Notes: a model not told the origin generated them from the sequence alone. Positions 29,566 to 39,991 are shown, numbered from the stretch's first letter. The stretch is 64,000 nucleotides of DNA from a bacterium (GCA_029211095.1 JARGFS010000001.1:851-64850); one strand, 5' to 3'. Translations and numbers: made by a program.

Positions 29566-31455
29566 ATGACTCTTCTTTCGGCGGCCAATCTCAGCAAGAA
29601 ATTCAACAAGCAGACCCTTCTTGAGAATGTCTCTTTCTCTATTACCTCCCACGACCGAATTGGTCTGGTGGGCCGCAATGGGAGCGGCAAGACGACCCTT
29701 TTTGAAATTTTGGTCGGGCTGGCCGAGGCTGACAACGGGGCGATCAACAAGTCGAAGAACTGCCGCATTGACTATGTGGAGCAGGAAAAGACTGATCACC
29801 TGGATACGCAACTGTTTGAGTTTGTCTCCCTGGCGCGGCAGGACCTGCATGACCTTCGGGCGGAAATATCTGAGATGGAACGAGCGCTGACTTCGCGACC
29901 CGATGACAGTGCCGCTCTCAACCGACTCGGGCAGCTTCAACAGGAATTTGAAGCGGCTGGCGGCTTTACCTTTGAGAGCGAGATTAAGCTGATCCTGATC
30001 GGGTTAGGGTTTGAAGCCTCAAGGCACTCAGAACGAATCCAGAATTTCTCCGGCGGTGAAAAGAACCGGGCCGGACTGGCCCGCGCGCTGGCTGGAAATG
30101 GGAACCTGCTGCTGCTGGATGAGCCAACCAACCACCTTGATATTGAATCGACCAAGTGGCTCGAAGAATACCTGGTGTCGATTGACAAAGCCTTTCTAGT
30201 CGTCTCTCATGACCGGGCTTTTTTGTCGGCCACGGTCAGCAAAGTCTGGGAGATACATTTTGCGCGGATTGATTTCTACTCCTGTAAATTCGAGCAGTTC
30301 ATTGAGGAACGAAAACAGCGCAACGATCAGCACGATCACCGGTATCAACTCCAGCAAGCGGAGATCAAGAGAATCGAAGATTTCGTGCGGCGCAATATGG
30401 CCGGGCAAAAAACCAAGCAGGCGCAATCCAAACTGAAGTATTTGAGCCGGATGAAAAGACTGGAGCCTCCCAAGTCCGATGGACGCTCCGATATCATCCG
30501 GATGACTTCATCGGGACGCTCATACGCCCATGTGCTTTCGGCGCGTGAAGTGGCGCTTGGTTACTCGGACCGGGAGGTGGTCCGGGATGTTGATTTTGAT
30601 ATTTATCGCGGGGATAAGATTGGTCTGGTAGGAAAAAACGGCAGTGGCAAGACGACCATTCTGAAATCTCTCATTGGAGCCCTGGCCCCGATCCGAGGTG
30701 AAATCAAGTTGGGGAGCAATACCGATGTTGCCTATTTCGACCAGGAACTGTCCGATCTGAACCCGGATGCTACCGCCCTGGACACTATCTGGGAGCTGGA
30801 CCCGATGGTGGAAATCGGTCAGATACGCAGCTACCTGGCCCGCTATGGGTTCAGTGGCGAAGAGTCGCTCAAGAAAGTTGTCACCCTCTCAGGCGGCGAA
30901 AAGACAAAACTCTCTCTGGCCCGCATCCTGTACCACCCGGCCAATTTTATCATTTTTGATGAGCCCACCAACCATCTTGATCTTGACTCCCGCGAAACGC
31001 TGGAACAGGCCTTGATTGACTACGACGGCAGTTGCCTGATCGTCAGTCATGACCGCTTTCTGCTTGATCAGGTGGCCACCCAGATTATGCATATCAATAA
31101 CGGCTTTCTCAAAAGCTACCCGGGGAACTACTCCTATTTTGCTGAGAAGATAGCTGAAGCCACCGCCGCTATGCCGACAGTTGAGAAATCAAGCAGCAGC
31201 AAAGAATCCTACCTTGCTTTCAAAGATAAGTCCCGGCAGAAGACTCGCTTGAAAAAGCAGATACAGTCGACCGAATCCAAAATTGCGGACACCGAAAAAG
31301 AGATTGAAAAGCTGTCGCGCCGGATTGATTCGGAAATCCCCCGGAGTGACTGGGAAGCGCTGGGGAAAGCGGCCAGTTCCAAGTCCGAACTCGAAGAGTT
31401 ACTATTGCAGCTCTATGACCGGTTGGAGGAGCTGAAAGGAATCCAGCTTGATTAA
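29566..31455 (+). CDS. ABC-F family ATPase (two ABC cassettes, no TM domain)
   Basis: Two Walker A motifs (GRNGSGKTT, GKNGSGKTT), two signatures (FSGGEKNR, LSGGEKTK), Walker B LLLLDEPTNHLD / FIIFDEPTNHLD, and a coiled-coil C-terminal tail. Confidence 0.9.
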   Translation: MTLLSAANLSKKFNKQTLLENVSFSITSHDRIGLVGRNGSGKTTLFEILVGLAEADNGAINKSKNCRIDYVEQEKTDHLDTQLFEFVSLARQDLHDLRAEISEMERALTSRPDDSAALNRLGQLQQEFEAAGGFTFESEIKLILIGLGFEASRHSERIQNFSGGEKNRAGLARALAGNGNLLLLDEPTNHLDIESTKWLEEYLVSIDKAFLVVSHDRAFLSATVSKVWEIHFARIDFYSCKFEQFIEERKQRNDQHDHRYQLQQAEIKRIEDFVRRNMAGQKTKQAQSKLKYLSRMKRLEPPKSDGRSDIIRMTSSGRSYAHVLSAREVALGYSDREVVRDVDFDIYRGDKIGLVGKNGSGKTTILKSLIGALAPIRGEIKLGSNTDVAYFDQELSDLNPDATALDTIWELDPMVEIGQIRSYLARYGFSGEESLKKVVTLSGGEKTKLSLARILYHPANFIIFDEPTNHLDLDSRETLEQALIDYDGSCLIVSHDRFLLDQVATQIMHINNGFLKSYPGNYSYFAEKIAEATAAMPTVEKSSSSKESYLAFKDKSRQKTRLKKQIQSTESKIADTEKEIEKLSRRIDSEIPRSDWEALGKAASSKSELEELLLQLYDRLEELKGIQLD

Positions 31456-32065
31456 GCTCCTCGCAGTTTCCGGGTCACCGGTCGAGGGTTCTTCGACCGA
31501 CCTCATTCTGGACCGCCTGTCTGAACAGCTGTCCCAGAAGATTGGCAAAGACAATCTCTCCACAGAAAGAGTTAGTCTCAACGGCCTCACTATCAAACCT
31601 TGTCAGGCTTGCGGCAAAGCGCCCGATGATGCGTTCTGTTTCTATGATGATGACATGACCAGATTGTATGATCAGATAGTCGAGTGTGACTGTTTCCTGT
31701 TCGGCTCCCCCATCTATTTTGACACCGTCTCGGCGCAGTCCAAACTCTTTATTGATCGGTGCAACTGCATCCGACCGCCGGATTTCGACAACCGGCAGCC
31801 AGAGCACCTCTTTATCAAACGGCTGACCAGAAAGCGACCGGGCGCGATGGTACTTGTTGGAGGGGAAAAGGCCTGGTTTGAAGGGGCCCGCCGGACAATT
31901 GCCGGATTCTTCAAATGGATTGAGGTCGAATCGCACGGTCTGATAACCTACGGCTCCCCTGACTATAACCGGAAGGGAACGGCTTCTACATCTGACGAAG
32001 TTCTCCGGCAGGTTGAAACAACAGCAGACAGACTCAGGGAGCAGATTGAGGCGAATCATGCCTGA
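31448..32065 (+). CDS. NAD(P)H-dependent FMN reductase / flavodoxin-like fold protein
   Basis: LLAVSGSP..GSST...; FLFGSPIYFDTVSAQSKLFIDR. The TTG start overlaps the ABC-F stop by 8 nt. Confidence 0.65.
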   Translation: MIKLLAVSGSPVEGSSTDLILDRLSEQLSQKIGKDNLSTERVSLNGLTIKPCQACGKAPDDAFCFYDDDMTRLYDQIVECDCFLFGSPIYFDTVSAQSKLFIDRCNCIRPPDFDNRQPEHLFIKRLTRKRPGAMVLVGGEKAWFEGARRTIAGFFKWIEVESHGLITYGSPDYNRKGTASTSDEVLRQVETTADRLREQIEANHA

Positions 32066-32738
32066 CCTTGATGACCGGGAAGAACTGATCCAATACTACT
32101 GCCAGCGTGCTCCGGAGTACGAACAGATTTACTATCGAGACATGCCGGAACGACGCCGGGAGATTGACGACGAAATTGCACGACTGCAGGAGCTATGCAA
32201 AGATAAGTCGGTCCTGGATATTCCGTGCGGCACCGGCTACTGGACCGCCATCATGCAGGATAGCGCTGATCAGATCGTGGCGGCCGATCTCTCCCGGGAG
32301 ATGCTGGCCGAAGCATCCGGGAGAATACGGAATGAGAAGGTCAGTCTGGTTCAGGCCGATATAAACAAGCCCCCGTTTGCCACGGGAGCGTTCGACCTGG
32401 TTGCACTCGGGTTCTGGCTCTCGCATCATCCCCGTCAGCATTTTGTTACTCTATTTGAGAGTCTAAAGCGACTGATCAAGCCTGCCGGGAAAATCTGGAT
32501 GATTGAGAACAATCCACCGGCCGAAGGGGATCGTCCGGAGTCATTTGGCTCTGACAAGCATGGAAACAACTTCAAAGAGCGTTTTCTTGACAGTGGAAAA
32601 CGGTTTGTGATCATGAAAAACTACTTCTCAGAAGAGGAAATAAGGGAACTACTTTCGGCCAATTTCCGAATTGAGCGCCTCACTTACGGCAAATACTATT
32701 GGTCGGCTGTCCTGCTGAGCCCTGACAGCCCCAGCTAA
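32058..32738 (+). CDS. class I SAM-dependent methyltransferase
   Basis: Motif I VLDIPCGTGYW followed by AADLSREML. I prefer ATG 32058, which overlaps the upstream stop as ATGCCTGA, over the ORF-track start at 32013. Confidence 0.7.
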   Translation: MPDLDDREELIQYYCQRAPEYEQIYYRDMPERRREIDDEIARLQELCKDKSVLDIPCGTGYWTAIMQDSADQIVAADLSREMLAEASGRIRNEKVSLVQADINKPPFATGAFDLVALGFWLSHHPRQHFVTLFESLKRLIKPAGKIWMIENNPPAEGDRPESFGSDKHGNNFKERFLDSGKRFVIMKNYFSEEEIRELLSANFRIERLTYGKYYWSAVLLSPDSPS

Positions 32739-32809
32739 AATATTGTAGTTCAGCGTGTTACATGGTTCCTCGGGGTTATTGAGCAGAAGCTCCCTCAATA
32801 TAAATCGAC

Positions 32810-32838
32810 TTGCCAAGAGGCGCATAGTTATTATATTG
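32810..32838 (+). promoter_or_regulatory. possible sigma70-like promoter for rpmE (TTGCCA-16-TATATT)
   Basis: Hexamers read directly, ~100 nt upstream of the rpmE GTG. Confidence 0.3.
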
Positions 32839-32936
32839 GGTAACTGGGTTTGACCCGAGTTGGAAAGATATTACTCGGGAACCCCGTTTGGTTTGGTGTG
32901 TTAGAGATACAATTGAAATAGTGAGGACAGGATAAA

Positions 32937-33149
32937 GTGAAATCAGGAATTCATCCCAAATACAACGAGCTGGTGGTGAAATGTGCCTGTGGCGCCAGTT
33001 ATGCAACTCGGTCGACGGCAAAAGAGATCAGCGTTGAAATCTGTTCCAATTGCCATCCCTTTTTTACCGGTAAACAGAAGTTGATTGATACTGCTGGTAG
33101 GGTGGAGAGATTCCGTCGCAAATACGGTACTCAGGAAAAAGGCAAATAA
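32937..33149 (+). CDS. rpmE: 50S ribosomal protein L31 (Cys-containing type A)
   Basis: MKSGIHPKY...CACG...[22 protein letters not shown]. Confidence 0.92.
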   Translation: MKSGIHPKYNELVVKCACGASYATRSTAKEISVEICSNCHPFFTGKQKLIDTAGRVERFRRKYGTQEKGK

Positions 33150-33169
33150 GAGACCGACTTTCAAAACTC

Positions 33170-33221
33170 AATGCGCAGGCGATGCTGATCACTACTGGTG
33201 GGCGTTGCCTGTTTGCGCATT
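33170..33221 (+). terminator. long imperfect inverted repeat downstream of rpmE (possible terminator)
   Basis: aatgcgca(ggc)...(gcc)tgtt tgcgcatt with 8-bp perfect outer arms, followed by tatt. The T tract is weak. Confidence 0.3.
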
Positions 33222-33261
33222 TATTGAACTGTAGGTAGGGCAAAACCGAAAGATTGAGACT

Positions 33262-34236
33262 ATGCCAGATCTGAACGTAGGTGGACAAGCTGTAATAGAT
33301 GGTGTCATGATGCGAGCCAAAGATAAGATTGCCACCGCCGTGAGAGTACCGAGCGGGGAGATCATGGTCAAGACGCAGTTGTACCGTTCTCTGGCCAGTC
33401 GATATAAAGTGCTCAATCTACCTATTCTTCGCGGGGCCGTCGCGTTTGTCGAAATGATGATTATCGGGATCAAGACGCTTAATTTTTCGGCGGATATCTC
33501 GATCAAAGAGCAGGAAAGACAGGAAGCACAGACCAAAGGGGAAGAGTATGTGGAAAAGCAGAAAGGGTCCAATTCATTTGCCCTGGCGATGAGCGCTATC
33601 TTTGCTTTCGCGGTCGGAATATTCATATTCTTCTTCCTCCCGCTTGCCATCTCCAATTGGACCGGAATTGATAAGAACGCGGTCGGATTCAACCTCCTGG
33701 CCGGTGGCATCCGCCTGACCATGTTTGTCCTTTATGTCTGGGGCTTGTCCCTGCTGGGAGAATTCCAGAGAATATTCCAGTATCATGGGGCGGAACATAA
33801 GTCTATATATGCCTATGAAATGGGCGAAGACCTCCTGCCGGAAAAAGCCGTAAAGTATACTCGCTTTCACCCTCGCTGTGGCACTTCGTTTGTACTTATA
33901 GTCGCTTTGCTGGCGATTCTGACTTACGCCATCTCAGACACAATTTACGCTATCGTCGTGGGTCATCCGCCAACACTGCTGGTCCGTTTTGCGGTTCACT
34001 TTTCACTTCTGCCACTGGTCAGTGGAATCTCTTACGAATTGCTGAAACTGTCCGGGAGAACTCGTGACAACCGCGTGACTCGCTTTTTTATCCAGCCCGG
34101 CCTCTGGCTGCAGAAAATAACGACCAAAGAGCCGAATCTGGAGCAGGTTGAAGTTGCTCTGGCCGCTCTTGAGGCTGCTCTCGGAGTAGAGCCCGAGAAA
34201 TCAAAATTGACTTCGCAGCGCACTGCTGTCTCTTAG
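33262..34236 (+). CDS. DUF1385 (YqhQ-like) membrane protein
   Basis: GGQAVIDGVMMR...; GAEHK; RFHPRCGTSF. Its position between rpmE and prfA is the usual one for this family. Confidence 0.8.
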   Translation: MPDLNVGGQAVIDGVMMRAKDKIATAVRVPSGEIMVKTQLYRSLASRYKVLNLPILRGAVAFVEMMIIGIKTLNFSADISIKEQERQEAQTKGEEYVEKQKGSNSFALAMSAIFAFAVGIFIFFFLPLAISNWTGIDKNAVGFNLLAGGIRLTMFVLYVWGLSLLGEFQRIFQYHGAEHKSIYAYEMGEDLLPEKAVKYTRFHPRCGTSFVLIVALLAILTYAISDTIYAIVVGHPPTLLVRFAVHFSLLPLVSGISYELLKLSGRTRDNRVTRFFIQPGLWLQKITTKEPNLEQVEVALAALEAALGVEPEKSKLTSQRTAVS

Positions 34237-34311
34237 CTATTCTCATTTATCTTGTTGCCTGCGGCGGCAACCCTCCCGTATTATGTGCATCATATTATAG
34301 AGTAGATTGTA

Positions 34312-35388
34312 ATGATTGATATTGTAGAGAAAATAGAGCAAAAGCTCGTGGCGCTGGACGAACAACTGGTCGATCCGGAGATAATGTCCAACAACGCCCG
34401 TCTGATTGAACTCAACCGGGAACGCAGACATCTGGACAACATCGTAAAGGTCGGATCAACCTATCGTGACCTGATCGTTGGCATTAACGAAGCGCGTGAG
34501 ATTATCGAGGCCAATGAGGATGCGGATCTGGTGGCGATGGCCAAGGAAGAGCTTGAAGATTTTGAGACCCGGCTGCCCGAAATTGAAAGGGAACTCAAAT
34601 TACTTCTTCTGCCGCGAGACCCGGATGATGACAAGCCCGCGTTTGTTGAGATTCGGGCCGGGACCGGCGGTGATGAGGCGGGGATATTTGCGGGTGATCT
34701 CTTTCGTATGTATCAACGCTATGCCGACACCAGGGGATGGAAGCTTGAGATAATGAACTCCAGCCCGGCCGGGATGGGGGGATTTAAGGAAGTTATTTTT
34801 TCTCTTTCCGGGGATGGCGTCTATGGAGTGGTCAAATATGAATCCGGTGTGCACCGCGTACAGAGAGTTCCGGCCACAGAGTCACAGGGACGGGTGCATA
34901 CTTCGGCGGTAACGGTCGCGGTCTTCCCCGAAGCTCAGGAGGTTGATATCTCCATTGCCGAGAATGAAGTCAAGGTGGATGTCTACCGTTCCAGCGGCCC
35001 CGGTGGTCAATCGGTCAATACTACCGACTCTGCCGTCCGCCTGACTCACCTTCCCACCGGACTGGTCGTGATGTGCCAGGATGAGAAATCGCAGATCAAA
35101 AATCGCACTAAGGCGATGAAAGTGCTGCGGGCCAGGCTGTACGATCAGAAAATGGCCGCTCAGCAAGAAAAAATTGCCGCTGAGCGGAGATCAATGGTCT
35201 CAACCGGAGACCGATCAGCCAAAATCAGAACTTATAATTTCCCCCAGTCACGAGTGACTGATCACCGCATCAATCTTACCCTTTACAAACTGGACGAGGT
35301 GATGAAAGGGGATTTGGATGAATTGATCATAGCCATCAGGCAGCATGATCAGGAGAAGAGACTACAGCTACAATCGGAGGATGCATAA
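34312..35388 (+). CDS. prfA: peptide chain release factor 1
   Basis: The PAT tripeptide ([14 protein letters not shown]) and GGQ motif ([16 protein letters not shown]) identify RF1. No frameshift site, consistent with RF1 rather than RF2. Confidence 0.95.
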   Translation: MIDIVEKIEQKLVALDEQLVDPEIMSNNARLIELNRERRHLDNIVKVGSTYRDLIVGINEAREIIEANEDADLVAMAKEELEDFETRLPEIERELKLLLLPRDPDDDKPAFVEIRAGTGGDEAGIFAGDLFRMYQRYADTRGWKLEIMNSSPAGMGGFKEVIFSLSGDGVYGVVKYESGVHRVQRVPATESQGRVHTSAVTVAVFPEAQEVDISIAENEVKVDVYRSSGPGGQSVNTTDSAVRLTHLPTGLVVMCQDEKSQIKNRTKAMKVLRARLYDQKMAAQQEKIAAERRSMVSTGDRSAKIRTYNFPQSRVTDHRINLTLYKLDEVMKGDLDELIIAIRQHDQEKRLQLQSEDA

Positions 35389-35394
35389 GCAGGT

Positions 35395-36360
35395 ATGAAA
35401 CTGGTCAAGATTGGATTTGCGGTCCTACTATCATTGGCTCTGTTGTATGTCGCCCGAACCAACTCACGCGGGCAGCCAAAGTTTTACAGTCACACGGACA
35501 ATGGCATCACCTTTGAGATGACTTCGGTACCGAAGGTCTTTGAGAAGGGTCTGGCCAAAATCTCAGTAAAAGTCACCGGGCTGGCCGACTCAAACGTCAC
35601 TCCGGTTATCAGAACTACTTCGTTCGGCCAGGACGCGACAACAAAACTTCATGAATACCGCCAGGCCCCCCTTATCCTTGAGGATTCAGCACAGTCAATC
35701 TACCGGGCGGAACTGACCGCCGGACTCAAAGGGGGACGGCAGTATTATTATTTTGAAGTGCGAGACAATGTGGGCGGAAGGCGAGCCACCTTCACCGATG
35801 AAGAAGCAAAGCCATTCATTCTTAAATACATTGGACATGTCCCCACCCTGGTTCTGGTCAGTCACATTTTCTTTATTTTTGCTTCGGTCTTTATGATCAC
35901 TCTCGCCTCCATTGAGTCATTCCTGATATTCCGGGGAACCGGTGATCTGGCTAAGGGGATGAAGCTCTTTTTCTGGGCGACTCTATTCATGTTTATTGGC
36001 GGCTATCCGATTGGGTTTGCAATGAACTGGTTTGCTTTTGACGGCTTCTGGGAGGGGGTGCCATTCGGGACCGATGCCACCGACAACAAGACCCAGCTGA
36101 TCTTTGTCTATCTCCTGTTCATGCTGGCCAGCGGCTTCAGGTCACTCACGGCCAGCAAACTGGGTCGGAATGTGTTTTCCCCCAAAGCTCTCGGCCTGTT
36201 TGGTATGGGCGCTTTCTTGGTCCAGTTAGCTGTGAATCTTATACCGCATTCAATTCAATTTGAGCCTACGGCCACCTATATCGCCTGTTACGGTTTTATT
36301 GGTATGATGGCGCTGATTTACCTGACCGGGCTGATTTCGTCAAGAGGTAAGCCGACTTGA
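35395..36360 (+). CDS. membrane protein of unknown function
   Basis: 321 aa. An N-terminal TM/signal is followed by a ~140-aa soluble domain and about 5 TM helices. It is tightly packed between prfA and prmC. Confidence 0.5.
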   Translation: MKLVKIGFAVLLSLALLYVARTNSRGQPKFYSHTDNGITFEMTSVPKVFEKGLAKISVKVTGLADSNVTPVIRTTSFGQDATTKLHEYRQAPLILEDSAQSIYRAELTAGLKGGRQYYYFEVRDNVGGRRATFTDEEAKPFILKYIGHVPTLVLVSHIFFIFASVFMITLASIESFLIFRGTGDLAKGMKLFFWATLFMFIGGYPIGFAMNWFAFDGFWEGVPFGTDATDNKTQLIFVYLLFMLASGFRSLTASKLGRNVFSPKALGLFGMGAFLVQLAVNLIPHSIQFEPTATYIACYGFIGMMALIYLTGLISSRGKPT

Positions 36361-36413
36361 TATTCTGTGACCGAAACTGCTCCGGCTGTGTTGGTTAAAA
36401 TGGACCAGGCCGG

Positions 36414-37277
36414 ATGATGGAACAACTCCCAAAATTTATCGCCGACAAGGGGAAAATACTCCAGGCGGCTGGTATTGAACAGGGGCCGGCGGAGATAGAG
36501 ATCATTTTCTGTTTTCTTTTGGAAGTTGACCGGTTGCATTTGCACCTCTACGGTCCAACCCTCATTAACGATAACGTACTCGAGAAATTTGATTTGATCC
36601 TGACCCGGCGCAAGAACCGGGAACCGCTCCAGTACATCCTTGAAGAGGCTTGGTTTTATGGCCGCCGCTTTTTTGTATCACCGGCCGTGATGATCCCAAC
36701 CCCGGAGACCGAACTCCTATGTGAGTCGGCCATTCGATTTCTCCGCAAAGAAGCGTTTGAATCTCCCCGCCTGCTGGATGTGGGAGTCGGTTCGGGAGTA
36801 ATCTCGGTAACGATGGCCGCTGAGGTTCCATCCGCCTCACTGTTGTCTCTCGACATCTCAGCCGATGCAATTGCGGTTGCACAGAGGAACGCGGAGACTC
36901 ATTCGGTTTTAGACCGGATTGTCTTCCGGGAATCAGATATGCTGCAAGGGCTGGATTTATCCGAGAAATTTGAACTAATTCTCTCCAACCCCCCTTACAT
37001 CTCTGACGAAGAATACCAGAGCCTTCCACCGGAAGTACTGGCTGATCCCAAAATAGCGCTGACTTCGGGCGAACAGGGGATGGATGCCATCATTGAACTG
37101 CTCAGAAGTGCTCCCGCTCATCTGGCCCCTGGAGGACGTATCATGTTTGAGATCGGATACAATCAGGCCGAGCCGGTTATGGATGCCACCGCCGGAATGA
37201 AAGAGTATTCATCGATAGTCGTGCTGAAAGACCTTAATGATATTGACCGCCTGGTCATTCTGACCTGTTCTGAGTAA
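36414..37277 (+). CDS. prmC: release factor glutamine N5-methyltransferase
   Basis: EPLQYILEEAWFYGRRF.V...V.IPTPETE, motif I LDVGVGSG and the NPPY motif (ILSNPPYI). Confidence 0.85.
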   Translation: MMEQLPKFIADKGKILQAAGIEQGPAEIEIIFCFLLEVDRLHLHLYGPTLINDNVLEKFDLILTRRKNREPLQYILEEAWFYGRRFFVSPAVMIPTPETELLCESAIRFLRKEAFESPRLLDVGVGSGVISVTMAAEVPSASLLSLDISADAIAVAQRNAETHSVLDRIVFRESDMLQGLDLSEKFELILSNPPYISDEEYQSLPPEVLADPKIALTSGEQGMDAIIELLRSAPAHLAPGGRIMFEIGYNQAEPVMDATAGMKEYSSIVVLKDLNDIDRLVILTCSE

Positions 37278-37279
37278 CT

Positions 37280-37930
37280 ATGCCACGCGAGTCCCTGAAA
37301 TTAAAATCCGCCCGGGCGGCAGAGATTGTCTCGCGACTGAAGAGAGAGTATCCAGACTCGCACTGTTCGCTGACTTTTCAGACTGTTCATCAATTGATGG
37401 TAGCAACTATCCTCTCAGCGCAGTGCACCGATGAGCGCGTCAACGCGGTCACACCGACCCTGTTCAAAAAGTATCGCTCGATCAAGGATTTTGCCGAGGC
37501 CGACCTGGCTGAACTGGGTCAGGCGGTTTTCACAACCGGGTTTCATAATAGCAAAGCCCGGTCGATCAAGCTGTCCGCACAACAACTGCTGGAGAACTTT
37601 GGCGGCGAGATTCCGAGAACTCTTGATCAACTGGTGACGCTGGCCGGGGTGGGACGCAAGACCGGATCGGTAATTCTGGGTGTTGGATTCGGATTGGCCG
37701 AGGGGGTTGTGGTGGATACCCACGTTGGCCGTATTTCCCGCCTGCTCAGGCTGACCAAGGAAAAGGATGCTGTGAAAGTGGAACGCGACCTGGTCAAGGT
37801 TATTGATAGGGCGGACTGGATTCTTTTTTCGCACCTTATGATTGATCACGGTCGGGCTATTTGCAAAGCGCGCCGGCCAAACTGTCAGCAATGCTTCCTT
37901 ACTGATCTCTGCCCCTCCTCTCAGAAATAG
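37280..37930 (+). CDS. nth: endonuclease III
   Basis: HhH-GPD region LVTLAGVGRKTGSV and the C-terminal 4Fe-4S loop C-x6-C-x2-C-x5-C (CKARRPNCQQCFLTDLC). Confidence 0.9.
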   Translation: MPRESLKLKSARAAEIVSRLKREYPDSHCSLTFQTVHQLMVATILSAQCTDERVNAVTPTLFKKYRSIKDFAEADLAELGQAVFTTGFHNSKARSIKLSAQQLLENFGGEIPRTLDQLVTLAGVGRKTGSVILGVGFGLAEGVVVDTHVGRISRLLRLTKEKDAVKVERDLVKVIDRADWILFSHLMIDHGRAICKARRPNCQQCFLTDLCPSSQK

Positions 37931-37984
37931 CCACGCTTTCTGCCCAAGGAAGGCGGGATTTGTAATAAATTAGTATGGAGCACC

Positions 37985-38012
37985 TTGACTACAACAGGAT
38001 GTTAGCTATATT
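37985..38012 (+). promoter_or_regulatory. sigma70-like promoter (TTGACT-16-TATATT)
   Basis: Hexamers read directly, 45 nt upstream of ATG 38057. Confidence 0.4.
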
Positions 38013-38056
38013 TATTGTTCAATAAAGTAAAAACTTAAATGGTTTTGGGAGGAACT

Positions 38057-39850
38057 ATGTCCAATCAATTCAAACTGCTGGCGGTTCTATTCGCCGTTCT
38101 ATTTGCATTCAGTTTTATCGGTATCGGTTGCAGTGAGGATGGACCAACCGGTGGAACAGACACCCTTGATACTACCGGCGGGGGGGACGGAGGAGGCGGA
38201 GGGTCTCTGACCAGTGACTCCCTTGCTGATTCCATAGCTAAGGCGGCCAACGATGAACTAGCTGATTTGTTGAACGACATGATCAACAATACTCTCAACA
38301 ATCCGGACACCTCTTTCCGTCCGGATGATCTTGATTTCACCGGGATTCACGATATGTATCAAAAGGCATTGAGCTATAGTCCCGAACATTCCAATGCAAA
38401 GTTTGGTGCCGCCTTCACCGGGATGATGCTCTTTTTGCAGTACCCGGCATTGAACGACCTGATTGACGAGATAAAAGACGTGGCTGACACCGGTCTCTTT
38501 TATCCAACCAAGATGCTGCCCGGAATTGGGATGGGGGGGGATTTGGCTCCGGATGGCGTTCCTCTTACTACCTCCGGTTTGTACGGTATCTTTCCGGACT
38601 TCACAAAACTGGACCACCTGACTATGGCTGCGGCCGTAACCGGACCCAAAGTTAGTGAACTTCAGGACATACTTGAAGCCGACCTTCTGCCCAGAATCAC
38701 GGAGGCCATTTCATATCTCGATGACCTGATTGCTGATCCCGGCTTTGTCTTTTATATCACTCCGCAGATGCAGGGAGACCCCGGGGCTGAAGCGATTGAG
38801 ATCGACAATACCGACTTCCATCTCTTCCGGGCTGTCCTGCACGCTTTGCGGGCATCGTTGAACATATTTTTCTCACGCAATCTTGATCTGGTTTCGTACG
38901 ATGTTGCCGGACTTGAGAATGCGATCCAGCAGAACAGTGACTTTTTGGGACTTCGGACCGGGACTTATATGGTCGACGCCAAGGCGGACATTATCGCGGC
39001 GGCCAACGGCGCTGTTGGGGTGCTTCAGGGGTTGATCGATGAGGTGGACTCAGGAGAATTGCAAGAGGATGATCTCATTCCGGCTTACGCCAGTGATCGG
39101 GATGACTATGTCCTGGCCCGAGATTCGTTGCCGTTTTACGTGGACTACTTCAATGGCGCCAAAGATCTCATGATCAAGTGGACCGAGTGGGATTGCTTTT
39201 ATTATGATCCCGGGTCTGGTTGGTATTATTACAATTGCACCACTTACACCGACTCATTCATTGAGAATATTGACGTGAGTAAGTTTTTTGACGATCCGGT
39301 AACAAATCCAAAGCTCCTTCTGCCGGATTACTATTTCAGTATGAGCCCGTTGCCAAACTATGCTCAGGACTACGCCGATGCGCATTGGGATGAAACTCGA
39401 TATTGGGATAACATTAAGTCAATTTTTGGAGCGGCCGATGAGGCGGCTCTGCAGGACTCAGTTGCTGCGTACAACTACTATGGCTACTACAGCCTTCCAA
39501 CTGTCGGTTCCGCTCAGTTTTATGATGCGCTGATTAATCGGCCGACGGCTGATCAATTTGTGTTCGGTTGGGATGATGTTACATCTTACAATTGGGGCAG
39601 TAAGAACCTGTATTACTACTCGTCCAATCACAGATATGATTACCAGAGGACCAGGTGGGATGACTATTGGGTTTCTTCCTGCTACGGCTGGACGGCCAAT
39701 AGCTATGCCGAGTGGATATTCCCCAATCCGACCCTCAATGGACTGCTCCCCAATATGACTTCGGACCGTATTAAAGATATGATTCTATCTGATCCCTTGG
39801 ATTGGGAGAAAGAAGGGTGCGATACGGTGAGCATTGAGGACATTCTTTAA
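38057..39850 (+). CDS. hypothetical lipoprotein, Gly-rich linker, Tyr/Trp-rich C-terminal half
   Basis: I prefer ATG 38057, which is preceded by GGGAGG. MSNQFKLLAVLFAVLFAFSFIGIGC is a signal plus lipobox. The gene contains G7 (38180-38186) and G8 (38533-38540) tracts. No family recognised. Confidence 0.6.
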   Translation: MSNQFKLLAVLFAVLFAFSFIGIGCSEDGPTGGTDTLDTTGGGDGGGGGSLTSDSLADSIAKAANDELADLLNDMINNTLNNPDTSFRPDDLDFTGIHDMYQKALSYSPEHSNAKFGAAFTGMMLFLQYPALNDLIDEIKDVADTGLFYPTKMLPGIGMGGDLAPDGVPLTTSGLYGIFPDFTKLDHLTMAAAVTGPKVSELQDILEADLLPRITEAISYLDDLIADPGFVFYITPQMQGDPGAEAIEIDNTDFHLFRAVLHALRASLNIFFSRNLDLVSYDVAGLENAIQQNSDFLGLRTGTYMVDAKADIIAAANGAVGVLQGLIDEVDSGELQEDDLIPAYASDRDDYVLARDSLPFYVDYFNGAKDLMIKWTEWDCFYYDPGSGWYYYNCTTYTDSFIENIDVSKFFDDPVTNPKLLLPDYYFSMSPLPNYAQDYADAHWDETRYWDNIKSIFGAADEAALQDSVAAYNYYGYYSLPTVGSAQFYDALINRPTADQFVFGWDDVTSYNWGSKNLYYYSSNHRYDYQRTRWDDYWVSSCYGWTANSYAEWIFPNPTLNGLLPNMTSDRIKDMILSDPLDWEKEGCDTVSIEDIL

Positions 39851-39904
39851 CGGTATGGTTCATGTAATAGATTGAGACTGAAAGAACGGATCACCTGATT
39901 AGAA

Positions 39905-39936
39905 CCGCCGACAGCAATGGCTGTCGGCGGTTTTTT
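39905..39936 (+). terminator. rho-independent terminator
   Basis: 11-bp perfect stem ccgccgacagc / gctgtcggcgg, loop aatg, followed by tttttt. Confidence 0.85.
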
Positions 39937-39962
39937 ATGGCAAAAAGTGTCTCAGTTCCCGT

Positions 39963-39991
39963 TTGACCTGCCGGTCGGGCCTCGCTATATT
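39963..39991 (+). promoter_or_regulatory. sigma70-like promoter (TTGACC-17-TATATT) for purL
   Basis: Hexamers and spacing were counted by hand. It lies 25 nt upstream of the purL ATG 40016. Confidence 0.4.

Noticed and set aside
31475-32059. 194-aa minus-strand ORF covering the whole flavoprotein gene
   Set aside because: The plus-strand product carries flavodoxin-like reductase motifs (LLAVSGSP, GSPIYF) and is translationally coupled to its neighbours. The minus-strand product has no recognisable features.
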